In this document: piece after piece, positions 21,288-29,189 of the stretch | Position numbering within the stretch: position 1 is the first letter of the stretch | Layout of the letters: every line of letters starts with the position of its first letter | Source: Moorena sp. SIO3H5 | Lineage (GTDB): Bacteria > Cyanobacteriota > Cyanobacteriia > Cyanobacteriales > Coleofasciculaceae | Assembly (NCBI RefSeq): GCF_010692395.1 | Contig: NZ_JAAHHS010000023.1 | Location: forward strand, 721-41,760 | Direction of reading: 5' to 3' | DNA length: 41,040 nt | Translations under genes and position numbers: made by a program | Notes under the pieces: model-generated | The model's database searches: none | Told to the model about the DNA's origin: nothing | The model's input: the letters and a program-made list of their open reading frames with translations, nothing else

Positions 21288-21337
21288 TTGATCACTGATC
21301 AGCAGTTATTACTGAATCGCTGGTGATCAGTGATCAA
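21288..21337. terminator. Long imperfect hairpin (TTGATCACTGATCAGC..GCTGGTGATCAGTGATCAA) 3' of the STAND gene
   Basis: 16-bp arms read directly. It lies 45 nt past the STAND stop codon on the minus strand. Confidence 0.5.
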
Positions 21338-21383
21338 AAAATCGCGCAAACTCACCCAATTTATTCCGAATATACCTCAAAAC

Positions 21384-23702
21384 TTAGGTATTATTAAGGA
21401 TATCGTGCAAAATTTGGAGACTATTACGAAACTTTACAGTGTGAGGATGATCTGACCCTAACTTCTTTTCTGCAATCTCCAAAGCCTGGACATAGAGCGG
21501 TTCTGCCTGATGGTAAAGTCCCTGAGTATAGTAGAGTCGAGCCAGGTTGTGGAGACTGCTGGCCACATCGGGATGGTTGTGACCCAGCAGCTGCTTTGTC
21601 ATCTCCAAAGCTTGTTGATAGAGGGGTTCTGCCTGATAGTAGCGTCCCATTGACCAGTAGAGATTTGCCAGGTTGTTGAGACTGATGGCCACATCGGGAT
21701 GGTCTTGACCCAGCCGCTGCTTCAACAGCTCCAAAGCCTGTTGATAAAGGGGTTCGGCCTGGTGATAGCGCCCCATTGACCAGTAGAGTGCACCCAGGTT
21801 GTTGAGACTGGTGGCCACATGGGGATGGTGTTGACCCAGCCGCTGCTTTCTGATCTCCAAAGCCTGTTGATAAAGGGATTCGGTCTGGTCATAGCGCCCC
21901 ATTGACTTGTAGAGTGCACCCAGGTTGTTGAGACTGGTGGCCACACGGGGATGGTATTGACCCAGCCGCTGCTTTCTGATCTCCAAAGCCTGTTGAAAGA
22001 GGGGTTCGGCCTCATCATAGCGCCCCATTGACTGGTAGAGTAAACCCAGATTGTTGAGACTGGTAGCCACATCGGGATGGTTCTGACCCACCAGCTGCTT
22101 TCTGATCTCCAAAGCCTGTTGTAAGAGGGGTTCGGCCTCATCATAGTGCCCCATTGAATTGTAGAGTAAACCCAGATTGTTAAGACTGGTGGCCACATCG
22201 GGATGGTTCTGACCCAGCAGCTCCTTTCTGATCTCCAATGCCTTTTGAGAGAGGGGTTTGGCCTGGTCATAGCGCCCCATTAACCAGTAGAGTAAACCCA
22301 GGTTATTGAAACTTCGGGCTACATCGGTATGTTCCTCACCCAGGCGGCTTCTAGTTATCTCTAAACATTTCTCATACCAAGGTTCAGCCTGGTCATAGAT
22401 ACCTTGATCGTCATAGAATTTTCCTAAGACAGTTAAGAGGGATGGTAAATCTTCATCCCTGAGCCAGTTAGTTAGGACTGTGGCAGCTTCGGCTAAATGA
22501 GGGATGCTGAGATTAACTACTGCAATCTGATCTTGAGTTGGTGTCTCAGGAATTTCCTGGGCTACAGCCACCATTGCCTGACAAAAGCTTTGCTTGTAGC
22601 TATCGGCCTCTGGTAATTGATCGAGTTTGGTCTGGAAAAATTCTCGAATTAGTTGATGGACTTGATAGGTTTGTTTTTCGGTCAGTTTCAAGAGATTACG
22701 ATTGACCAGAAAGCGATCGCGTAATTCTTCTAATTCTTCTTGTTCTTCTTCCCATTCCTCCTCATCGTCCGTTTCGATAACACAAGACTCTACCAGTGAC
22801 CACTCAAAAGGAGCTTGAGCAAACAGACTCAGACGACATCCCAACTGCTGGGCTTCTGGAAAATCTTTCAAATCTTCCCAGGATAAGTCAAAGGCTGCTG
22901 CGACTCCCAACTGGGCTGTCACTTGCCCTTGTTCTTCTTGAGAAAGTAATGCCTTTGCTGCTAATTTCTTTTTCTCTAAACGTTTCTGAACTTTAGCAAT
23001 GGTTAAACTCGGATGTAGATCTAAATATCGTCCTACTAACTCCAAGCCCAAAGGTAAATAACCCAACCATTCACATAGGGCTTCTGCTTCGTTTAGTTCG
23101 TTATCAATGCGCTCTTTTCCAACAAGCGATCGCAATAATTCCAATGCTGCACCAGGTGCTGCTTTTGGCGAAAGTACATCCAAGTCAATTCGTTGGTACG
23201 AAGCTCCTGGACGCTGACGACTGGTAACCAGTACTTTGAAGCGGGATTGGGCTGGAGGCAAATAGGGTTCAATTTTATCTTTATAGTCCTTCCCGAAAGA
23301 AGGAACATCATCGAGCACAATCAATACTGTTCCTTCTGGCCAATTTCTCCAGCAGTGTTCTACCTGTTGTTCGTTTAACTTTAGTTTATCGGGAATGGTT
23401 AATCCTAATTTAGTACGGGCAAAACTGACAATCTGAGTCCCGAGATCTACACCGCGCACTGGAAACCAGCACAACCCACCAGGATACTTATCCTGATATC
23501 TAAGTGCATATTGTAGAGCTAACTCAGTTTTGCCCACACCACCCATTCCAGCAATGGCACAAATCACTAATCGATCCGTCTCTTGAAATTCCCGACGGAG
23601 CTGCTCAAGTTGATCTTCCCTACCAACAAAGTAGGGAGTGCCACGATTAATAATGTTACTGGGGGGATTTAACTTTGTCCGTTCCCGGTCGGACGACTCC
23701 AG
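21384..23702 (-). CDS. STAND NTPase body: NB-ARC (AP-ATPase) domain plus about 8 tandem 42-aa TPR repeats. The reading frame is open up to 23702 but has no ATG/GTG/TTG upstream of the GTG at 23567. It is separated from the next ORF upstream (23703-24143) only by a single in-frame TAG.
   Basis: ...YFVGREDQLEQLRREFQETDRLVICAIAGMGGVGKTELALQYA (P-loop) ...LIVLDDV (Walker B)... then repeated ..NLGLLY.SMGRYDEAEPL.QQALEIRKQ.LGQ.HPDVATSLNN.. units. My codon-by-codon translation of 23568-23702 finds no stop and the same frame as ORF 23703-24143. Confidence 0.75.
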   Translation of the reverse strand: MESSDRERTKLNPPSNIINRGTPYFVGREDQLEQLRREFQETDRLVICAIAGMGGVGKTELALQYALRYQDKYPGGLCWFPVRGVDLGTQIVSFARTKLGLTIPDKLKLNEQQVEHCWRNWPEGTVLIVLDDVPSFGKDYKDKIEPYLPPAQSRFKVLVTSRQRPGASYQRIDLDVLSPKAAPGAALELLRSLVGKERIDNELNEAEALCEWLGYLPLGLELVGRYLDLHPSLTIAKVQKRLEKKKLAAKALLSQEEQGQVTAQLGVAAAFDLSWEDLKDFPEAQQLGCRLSLFAQAPFEWSLVESCVIETDDEEEWEEEQEELEELRDRFLVNRNLLKLTEKQTYQVHQLIREFFQTKLDQLPEADSYKQSFCQAMVAVAQEIPETPTQDQIAVVNLSIPHLAEAATVLTNWLRDEDLPSLLTVLGKFYDDQGIYDQAEPWYEKCLEITRSRLGEEHTDVARSFNNLGLLYWLMGRYDQAKPLSQKALEIRKELLGQNHPDVATSLNNLGLLYNSMGHYDEAEPLLQQALEIRKQLVGQNHPDVATSLNNLGLLYQSMGRYDEAEPLFQQALEIRKQRLGQYHPRVATSLNNLGALYKSMGRYDQTESLYQQALEIRKQRLGQHHPHVATSLNNLGALYWSMGRYHQAEPLYQQALELLKQRLGQDHPDVAISLNNLANLYWSMGRYYQAEPLYQQALEMTKQLLGHNHPDVASSLHNLARLYYTQGLYHQAEPLYVQALEIAEKKLGSDHPHTVKFRNSLQILHDILNNT

Positions 23703-24143
23703 CTAATCAGACCCTTGATGAATATGTATCTCTTGACCAAAATAATTAGTACCACCCTCAATATTGTCAATATTGTTTTGTAAACCTTTACCGTTGTCAT
23801 TAACATTCATAGTCTTGCTGCTGTTGTCGTGTATCTTACCAGTATGAATTTCTTGAGCGATTGCCTGAATTTCTTTAGCAAACTCTGGTTGTTCATTCAT
23901 GATCACTTTCAAGTAATCAGCCACTCGTTCTAAATCACTCGAAGAGCCTTTTTCAACTGCCGTCAGAGCATTTTCAGCTTTATAATTATCCCGTAACTTG
24001 TCCCAGATCATTTTACGGAGTTCTTCCATCTTGGCGATTGCCGCTGTGGTGAAATGTTTGGCTAACTCCCCAGCTCCAGATTCCAGAAACTTCTTGAAAG
24101 CCAGAGTAGCGATCTCTGCTGCTGAAAGTATTGCTAGTGCCAT
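23703..24143 (-). CDS. Small all-helical N-terminal domain ORF (146 aa). It is probably the detached N-terminal adaptor or effector-associated domain of the STAND NTPase, in frame and interrupted by TAG 23703-23705.
   Basis: MALAILSAAEIATLAFKKFLESGAGELAKHFTTAAIAKMEELRKMIWDKL..., then a low-complexity N/G-rich linker before the stop. The downstream frame continues LESSDRERTKLNPPSNIINRGTPYFVGRED. Confidence 0.55.
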   Translation of the reverse strand: MALAILSAAEIATLAFKKFLESGAGELAKHFTTAAIAKMEELRKMIWDKLRDNYKAENALTAVEKGSSSDLERVADYLKVIMNEQPEFAKEIQAIAQEIHTGKIHDNSSKTMNVNDNGKGLQNNIDNIEGGTNYFGQEIHIHQGSD

Positions 24144-24495
24144 AAGCCAATAGAATCAAGCTGCTGTCTACTAACCAAGGTATACAATACTAAGTCTAAC
24201 AAACAGTTCTAAAAACGGATTAAATTTTAATAAAAAATAAGAAGCAATTAAATTGTTTTCAAATAAAATAACCGATTAAATTGTTTTCAAAGAATCTCAA
24301 AGAGTGTTTTGATCAACAGATATGCTCAGGATAGCATTTTCCACGAGATCATTAACCCTAATATAGTCACACCAAAAACTCCTCACTACTCTTGCCTCTT
24401 CCATTTACTCGTAAAAAAAACGCGATTATTTGAAAAAGACGCTACGCGATTGAACGTAGGTCAGACTAAGCGAACCCATTCCAAAATTCCCCTCT

Positions 24496-24530
24496 TTTCC
24501 CTGTTCCCTGTTCCCTGTTCCCTGTTCCCT
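24496..24530. repeat. STRR (CCCTGTT)x5 followed by the A8-CGGGAACG hairpin
   Basis: Read directly. Confidence 0.85.
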
Positions 24531-24769
24531 AAAAAAAACGGGAACGCTAACATTTTTTTTGTGAATTTTACTTTGGCTGTTTGACCTTATGGTGCGTTAC
24601 GTGGCGGACTATACCAAGGCTGGCGCTTGAGCAAAAAATTAGGGCAATTCCGCCCCTAACACACCCTACGCAACTGTTCCCAATTCTTAATTCTTAATTC
24701 TCAATTTTTAATTCTTAATTCTGTACATTTTCTTTCAATACCCCCTCAGAAAATAAATTCTAAAACCCC

Positions 24770-24798
24770 TTGACAATAATAAATATAATCGTTATGAT
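24770..24798 (+). promoter_or_regulatory. Near-consensus sigma70-type promoter TTGACA-N17-TATGAT upstream of the 84-aa ORF
   Basis: ttgaca (24770-24775), a 17-nt spacer, then tatgat (24793-24798), about 32 nt before ATG 24831. Confidence 0.5.
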
Positions 24799-24830
24799 TA
24801 TATTATAAACTTCAAACAAAGGTTTTAACG

Positions 24831-25085
24831 ATGACTGAAGAGTTTATCCCAAACGAAAACAACAATCCTGAAGAGATTACTCCCGCTAATACTCCTCAGG
24901 AACCTTCTCCAAAAAAATACCCAGTTAAGCACATTCTGACAGGATCACGTAAAGCCATAATAAAGACAATGCAAACCCTATATGCGCTGCGTTACGCGGA
25001 AATCTCCGAGTGGAGCCCCCTTCAGCCCACTGGCATCCCAGGAGAATTCATCACCATAATGACCAAATACCTGATTATCGATTAA
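24831..25085 (+). CDS. Hypothetical 84-aa protein (acidic disordered N-terminus, structured C-terminal half)
   Basis: ORF with a consensus promoter upstream. A perfect palindrome GGGGGGGTAACCCCCC lies 9 nt after the stop. No family recognised. Confidence 0.45.
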   Translation: MTEEFIPNENNNPEEITPANTPQEPSPKKYPVKHILTGSRKAIIKTMQTLYALRYAEISEWSPLQPTGIPGEFITIMTKYLIID

Positions 25086-25093
25086 ACTAATTT

Positions 25094-25109
25094 AGGGGGG
25101 GTAACCCCC
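25094..25109. terminator. Perfect palindrome GGGGGGGTAACCCCCC immediately after the 84-aa ORF
   Basis: Read directly. There is no U-tract. Confidence 0.45.
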
Positions 25110-25229
25110 CTGACCGAAACATTAGGTCTCATGACATGGGATTGTGTTTAGGTTTGGTTGAAAAATTGTAGTCATCATTAAAACCTCTAGCCGTGGAAAT
25201 TATTTCTGCGGCTATTTTTTTTGGGAAGT

Positions 25230-25330
25230 TTAAGGTTGTTCGCGTAGCGTGGCCAAAGGCCAAGGTTATTAAGGTTGAAGTTTAGGATGTTGTTCGCGTA
25301 GCGTGGCCTTTTGGCCAAGGTTGAAGGTTA
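25230..25330. repeat. Two copies of the GTTCGCGTAGCGTGGCC-(AAA/TTT)-GGCCAAGGTT hairpin unit (CGCGTAGCG repeat family)
   Basis: Direct repeats about 55 nt apart. Related units occur at 17850-17930, 21236-21262, 34590-34650, 35500-35580 and 39625-39690. Confidence 0.7.
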
Positions 25331-25356
25331 GGATGTTGAATTGAGTACTAAGAATG

Positions 25357-25450
25357 TAGAATCCAGACGGTAGAATCCAGACGGTAGAATCCAGACAGTA
25401 TAATTCTCAATTCTCAATTCTTAATTCTTAATTCTTAATTCTTAATTCTC
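25357..25450. repeat. (TAGAATCCAGACGG)x3 then (AATTCTT/AATTCTC)x7 tandem tracts
   Basis: Read directly. Confidence 0.85.
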
Positions 25451-25665
25451 CCTGTTTCGTTTACTCGATAAGCTTTAGCGGAAGCTCTCAACCAAATGAA
25501 TGCTCCGGTAGCAAATGGAATTAGTAGGAAAAGAGTACCAAATGTCAGGGGATGTTCTCTGACATAGGAGCTGTAAACCATCACTGCTATTGCTGAGCCA
25601 CAATAAATTAATCCACATAGGGGAATAGCAATCACTAGTAAAGCAAATTTAGTATCTTTATCCAT
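25435..25665 (-). CDS. Hypothetical small membrane protein (76 aa, two predicted TM helices)
   Basis: Hydrophobic segments ALLVIAIPLCGLIYCGSAIAVMV and LTFGTLFLLIPFATGAFIWL. ATG start. Its 3' end overlaps an STRR tract, so this is a weak call. Confidence 0.35.
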   Translation of the reverse strand: MDKDTKFALLVIAIPLCGLIYCGSAIAVMVYSSYVREHPLTFGTLFLLIPFATGAFIWLRASAKAYRVNETGRIKN

Positions 25666-25710
25666 GGTATAGCGGTTTTTAAGCTAGTAAAGTACAATTT
25701 TTTTGGTTTT

Positions 25711-25745
25711 AGGGAGCAGGGAGCAGGGAGCAGGGAGCAGGGAAG
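25711..25745. repeat. STRR (GGGAGCA)x5, the left inverted flank of the four-helix-bundle gene
   Basis: Read directly. It is reverse-complementary to the tract at 26218-26247. Confidence 0.85.
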
Positions 25746-25757
25746 GAGAAACAGAAG

Positions 25758-26120
25758 TCATTGTTCTAGCTTTTTAATAAGAGCAATAATCATTCGACTT
25801 TCTTCTTTAAGTAAAGAAACAATTACTTCTATATCTGTTTGCTTAGATAAGCCTACTCTAGAAGATAAAATAAGATGTGTTTCTAATTCGTTAATTGAGC
25901 CTTGGGCAATATTAAGAAATCTGATGTACTCAGCGGTTGACCTTCTCCCATATCCTTCTGCTATGTTAGCCGGAATAGATACCGCAGCTCTCCTAATTTG
26001 TTGAACCATACCATATAATTCGTCTTTAGGGAAAAATTTAGTTAATAAATAACACTTTTCGGCTATATCCATGCCTTTTTGCCAAATTATTAAGTCTTTA
26101 AAATTATTAATATATGACAT
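25758..26120 (-). CDS. Four-helix-bundle protein of the S23 ribosomal / 23S rRNA intervening-sequence protein family (PF05635, TIGR02436; the Avd fold of DGRs)
   Basis: FKDLIIWQKGMDIAEKCYLLTKFFPKDELYGMVQQIRRAAVSIPANIAEGYGRRSTAEYIRFLNIAQGSINELETHL matches the family consensus closely. The gene is markedly AT-rich relative to its neighbours. Confidence 0.8.
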   Translation of the reverse strand: MSYINNFKDLIIWQKGMDIAEKCYLLTKFFPKDELYGMVQQIRRAAVSIPANIAEGYGRRSTAEYIRFLNIAQGSINELETHLILSSRVGLSKQTDIEVIVSLLKEESRMIIALIKKLEQ

Positions 26121-26217
26121 TTATAAACTTATTGATTTTTACAGTATAGTGTTTACGGCGGTTTGCATAACTATCAGGTGCACAGGATTGTTTTCCGTCT
26201 TATGACTTCCCTCTTCA

Positions 26218-26247
26218 CTGCTCCCTGCTCCCTGCTCCCTGCTCCCT
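26218..26247. repeat. STRR (CTCCCTG)x4, the right inverted flank of the four-helix-bundle gene
   Basis: Read directly. Confidence 0.85.
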
Positions 26248-26281
26248 AAAAATCTAGCTCACCTAACTGAAACCCCTATAT

Positions 26282-28144
26282 TCAGCTTTCCCCAACACAT
26301 CGATAAAGCTTATAACTATACTGACCAGCCCACTTAGAGCGCTTTTCTCGAAAACATTGCTGAGACTCTAGGTCAACTTTGGTACGGAAATTAACTAACC
26401 ATAAATCTAGTGGTCGTGGCAATTCATTTAATTGTTGTTGTAATTGTTGGACAGCATCCTCGTAACTGGAACTATTCCGGTCACGACCTACTAAGAAAAA
26501 TTGGGGAAAATCCCTGGAATTATCATTAGAACCATTAGCAACAGTCAGACCTTTCAATCCCCAAGCTAATCCCATCATGCGCCCGGTCTGTCCATGGTGT
26601 TTGTAGGTCGTTGCGATCGCAAGCGGTGCTTCACTTGCTTCCTTAAGAATAGACACTAGTAGATCCGGGCGCTCGTTTTGAAGATAACCAAGATTCGAGA
26701 CTGTCACTAATCCACCCAACAGCCCAATCAACCATACCGCTACCACTATCCTTTTGCCAAAGTAAGACTTATAGCTGTTTTCATCCCGATCAAGTACATA
26801 GGATTTTCTTCTACTTTCCTGTGTTCCCCTCCTGGGAGGGGTTAGGGGTGGGTTCCTGCTCCCTGCTCCCTGCTCCCTGTTCCCTGTTCCCTGTTCCCTG
26901 TTCCCTGCTTGTGCAACAAGTCTAATCTGATTCCAACAACCACCTAAGCTTGCTGCCACCAACAGGATCACTCCTGGAAAGTAGACGAAGTGAAAACGGG
27001 GGGCTGTGCTTAAATCTATACCGAAACCCCAGGTCAAGACTAAACATAACCCAATTGCTGCTAAGACATACTCCCTTAGGATTGTGATAACGGAACGGTT
27101 ATGGTGATCGAGTTGCTGTAATTTCAGTCCATAGCGGAGATGGGATACTATCCAAACCACTAGGATTAAGGTAACTATACCGGAAACAATAATAATTCCT
27201 AGGGATAGGTCATAGAAAGAAGAAGGTAGCAGTAACACCATACTGAACAGCCATAGTAAAAATCGTCCTATGGGTTCAATCCATCGTGCGATCGCATTTT
27301 GGCTATAAATCCATTGGGTAGGGGGACTATCATGAATCGTTTGTAAGGCCGGTATCCACACTAAACATCCCGCTAAGGAACCCATAGCTACTCCATAAAT
27401 TCCCCACCAGTAAGGTTTGATCAAAGCTAGTCGGTCTTGCTGAGTTTCTCGCCAAGCTTGTCCCAATAATGCGATCGCTTCCGCACCTAAAGTCAGGATA
27501 AAGAAATAATGGGTAGCAATGCCCAGACTATTCACTCCCACCCACCCTAACCCTAGCCAACTGGGCAACCGTTCACCACAGTCGATTAACTCTACCGCTT
27601 TCACCAAGCAACCGAGAGATGCTATCACTAGCACAATAGCCAGAGTATAATGACGAGCCTGTTGAGCTAGGAAAATCCCGAAAGGGGAAACAGCCATCAT
27701 TGCTGCTGCTATGTGACCTACCAATAGTGAGCGAAAGGCCAGCCGACCTAGGCAAAAGATAGCAGGAATCGAGATTACTCCCAATAAAGCAGAAAGCGAT
27801 CGCACTGCCCAAATCGAAACTATACCATCCTCTAATGGGAATAGTTTTAGCCACAGATGGGTCAGAGCAAAATAAACTGGGGGATGGGTACTTTCCGTTA
27901 ATAAATAATGAATAACATTACTAATGCCAGCATCAGGAGACGGTTGTAGTGGGCTTAATAGGGTGTCTACTCCCATAAACTGATTCAGAGGTAACGAGTA
28001 AAAACTGTTACCCAAGCTAAATACTGTTGTCGCACATTCATCAGTCCAAGGAGGTAAAACCCCTAAACCAGCAAAGCGCAGCAAAGTCCCAATCGTAATC
28101 CACAGCAGCAATAATAAAACAGTTTGGGATTTTTTTAAGTACAT
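26282..28144 (-). CDS. Polytopic glycosyltransferase of the GT39 / ArnT-like (dolichyl-phosphate-mannose protein mannosyltransferase-like, GT-C) type
   Basis: About 11 N-terminal TM helices with loop motifs typical of GT-C/PMT-like enzymes, plus a soluble C-terminal domain. Assigned from topology and general similarity; moderate confidence. Confidence 0.6.
   Translation of the reverse strand: MYLKKSQTVLLLLLWITIGTLLRFAGLGVLPPWTDECATTVFSLGNSFYSLPLNQFMGVDTLLSPLQPSPDAGISNVIHYLLTESTHPPVYFALTHLWLKLFPLEDGIVSIWAVRSLSALLGVISIPAIFCLGRLAFRSLLVGHIAAAMMAVSPFGIFLAQQARHYTLAIVLVIASLGCLVKAVELIDCGERLPSWLGLGWVGVNSLGIATHYFFILTLGAEAIALLGQAWRETQQDRLALIKPYWWGIYGVAMGSLAGCLVWIPALQTIHDSPPTQWIYSQNAIARWIEPIGRFLLWLFSMVLLLPSSFYDLSLGIIIVSGIVTLILVVWIVSHLRYGLKLQQLDHHNRSVITILREYVLAAIGLCLVLTWGFGIDLSTAPRFHFVYFPGVILLVAASLGGCWNQIRLVAQAGNREQGTGNREQGAGSRNPPLTPPRRGTQESRRKSYVLDRDENSYKSYFGKRIVVAVWLIGLLGGLVTVSNLGYLQNERPDLLVSILKEASEAPLAIATTYKHHGQTGRMMGLAWGLKGLTVANGSNDNSRDFPQFFLVGRDRNSSSYEDAVQQLQQQLNELPRPLDLWLVNFRTKVDLESQQCFREKRSKWAGQYSYKLYRCVGES
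26820..26930. repeat. Heptamer STRR tract (CTGCTCCCT/GTTCCCT)x8 plus the CCCCTCCTGGGAGGGG palindrome, embedded in-frame inside the GT39 CDS
   Basis: The ORF reads through it and encodes ...QAGNREQGTGNREQGAGSRNPPLTPPRRGTQESRRKS... between the TM domain and the C-terminal domain. Confidence 0.8.
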
Positions 28145-28146
28145 AT

Positions 28147-28208
28147 AGGGAAGGGAACAGGGAATCGGGAGTAGGGAATCGGGAATCGGGAATCGGGAAT
28201 CGAGAATC
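28147..28208. repeat. STRR (GGGAATC)x8
   Basis: Read directly. Confidence 0.9.
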
Positions 28209-28437
28209 GGGAATGATTTAGGTTATTTTTTTGAAGGTTTTAGCAATTTATCTTACTTATTTTTTCAACGTTTATTGCTTGATTAAGCATGTAAATTACA
28301 ATGCCTTTAAATTTTAATCAGTTCTAAATCAACAAGTTACATAGCATTTTTAATATTTATAATTTACCTATAAAATTATTAAGCTAATCAGCATTGAAAG
28401 TTTAGATCTATCCACTGCTTAAAAAGCCTTCAATTGC

Positions 28438-28550
28438 TCTCCCCATCTCCCCATCTCCCCATCTCCCCATCTCCCCATCTCCCCACACTTCCCTCTCTCC
28501 CTGTTCCCTGTTCCCTGTTCCCTGTTCCCTGTTCCCTGTTCCCTGTTCCC
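28438..28550. repeat. Octamer tract (CTCCCCAT)x6 followed by heptamer tract (CCCTGTT)x7
   Basis: Read directly. It ends at the stop codon of ORF 28551-29189. Confidence 0.9.
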
Positions 28551-29189
28551 TCAACGACGAAATAAGCGTAAAATTATCCACATTACCAGAGTAGCGATCG
28601 CACCAGTGAGAATACTCCAGGCAAAAGCTGGTGTCATCATAAAGATAGTATTATTTTCAGGGGGTTGTTGTTTAACTAGGACAGTCGCAGTAATGCTACT
28701 GGTTGCTACTCCCACGCCAGCCAGAGCAATGCTTTGGTGTAAGCTACGATTACTCTGGGTTTGGTAAGTTTGGGTCATGCCATCTACTGTCCGAATCATA
28801 TTTTCTAGTAAGGTTAAACCAGACTTTAATCTGCCATGCTCCATCTCCACTTGTTGCAGATATTGGCTAGCTGCTAAATCCCTAAATTCTTCGAGAATGT
28901 GCCAATCACCCCGTTGATCAACCTGTTTTAGTTTAGTCAATCGTTGTTGGTAATGTTCGATATTGGTTTTAATGGTTTGGGCTTGGGAATCGAGAATACC
29001 TAAATTAGTAGCATAACGAGACAATAGAGTGAGGTTATTGCTTAGTATTTCTCGTAACTTTACTGTATTTTGAGATAACATACTGATCTCAGCAATACTA
29101 GTGTTAACTGAAACTAGATCAGCTTTCAATTCTGCTAGTGGTGTGTTAATTTCACCATAAGCCCAAAGAATTTTGTTACGATAATACAA
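28551..29189 (-). CDS. Hypothetical membrane protein (coiled-coil N-terminal part, two C-terminal TM helices). TTG start overlapping the kinase 3' end by 14 nt; start uncertain.
   Basis: The frame is open with no ATG at the 5' end, and the track start is TTG. C-terminal hydrophobic helices IALAGVGVATSSITATVLV and FAWSILTGAIATLVMWIILRLF. Confidence 0.4.
   Translation of the reverse strand: MYYRNKILWAYGEINTPLAELKADLVSVNTSIAEISMLSQNTVKLREILSNNLTLLSRYATNLGILDSQAQTIKTNIEHYQQRLTKLKQVDQRGDWHILEEFRDLAASQYLQQVEMEHGRLKSGLTLLENMIRTVDGMTQTYQTQSNRSLHQSIALAGVGVATSSITATVLVKQQPPENNTIFMMTPAFAWSILTGAIATLVMWIILRLFRR

Noticed and set aside
21722-22270. 182-aa ORF in an alternative frame inside the STAND TPR region
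   Set aside because: It has the same strand but a different frame, and arises from nucleotide-level TPR repeat periodicity. The TPR frame is continuous with the NB-ARC domain.
25758-26120. Diversity-generating retroelement around the Avd-like gene
   Set aside because: There is no reverse transcriptase ORF and no template/variable repeat pair with adenine-specific mismatches within the window.
29176-29189. Single frameshifted kinase+downstream gene
   Set aside because: Translating all three frames across the junction does not produce a continuous TPR or kinase-associated domain. It is kept as two genes, with the note recorded in the findings.
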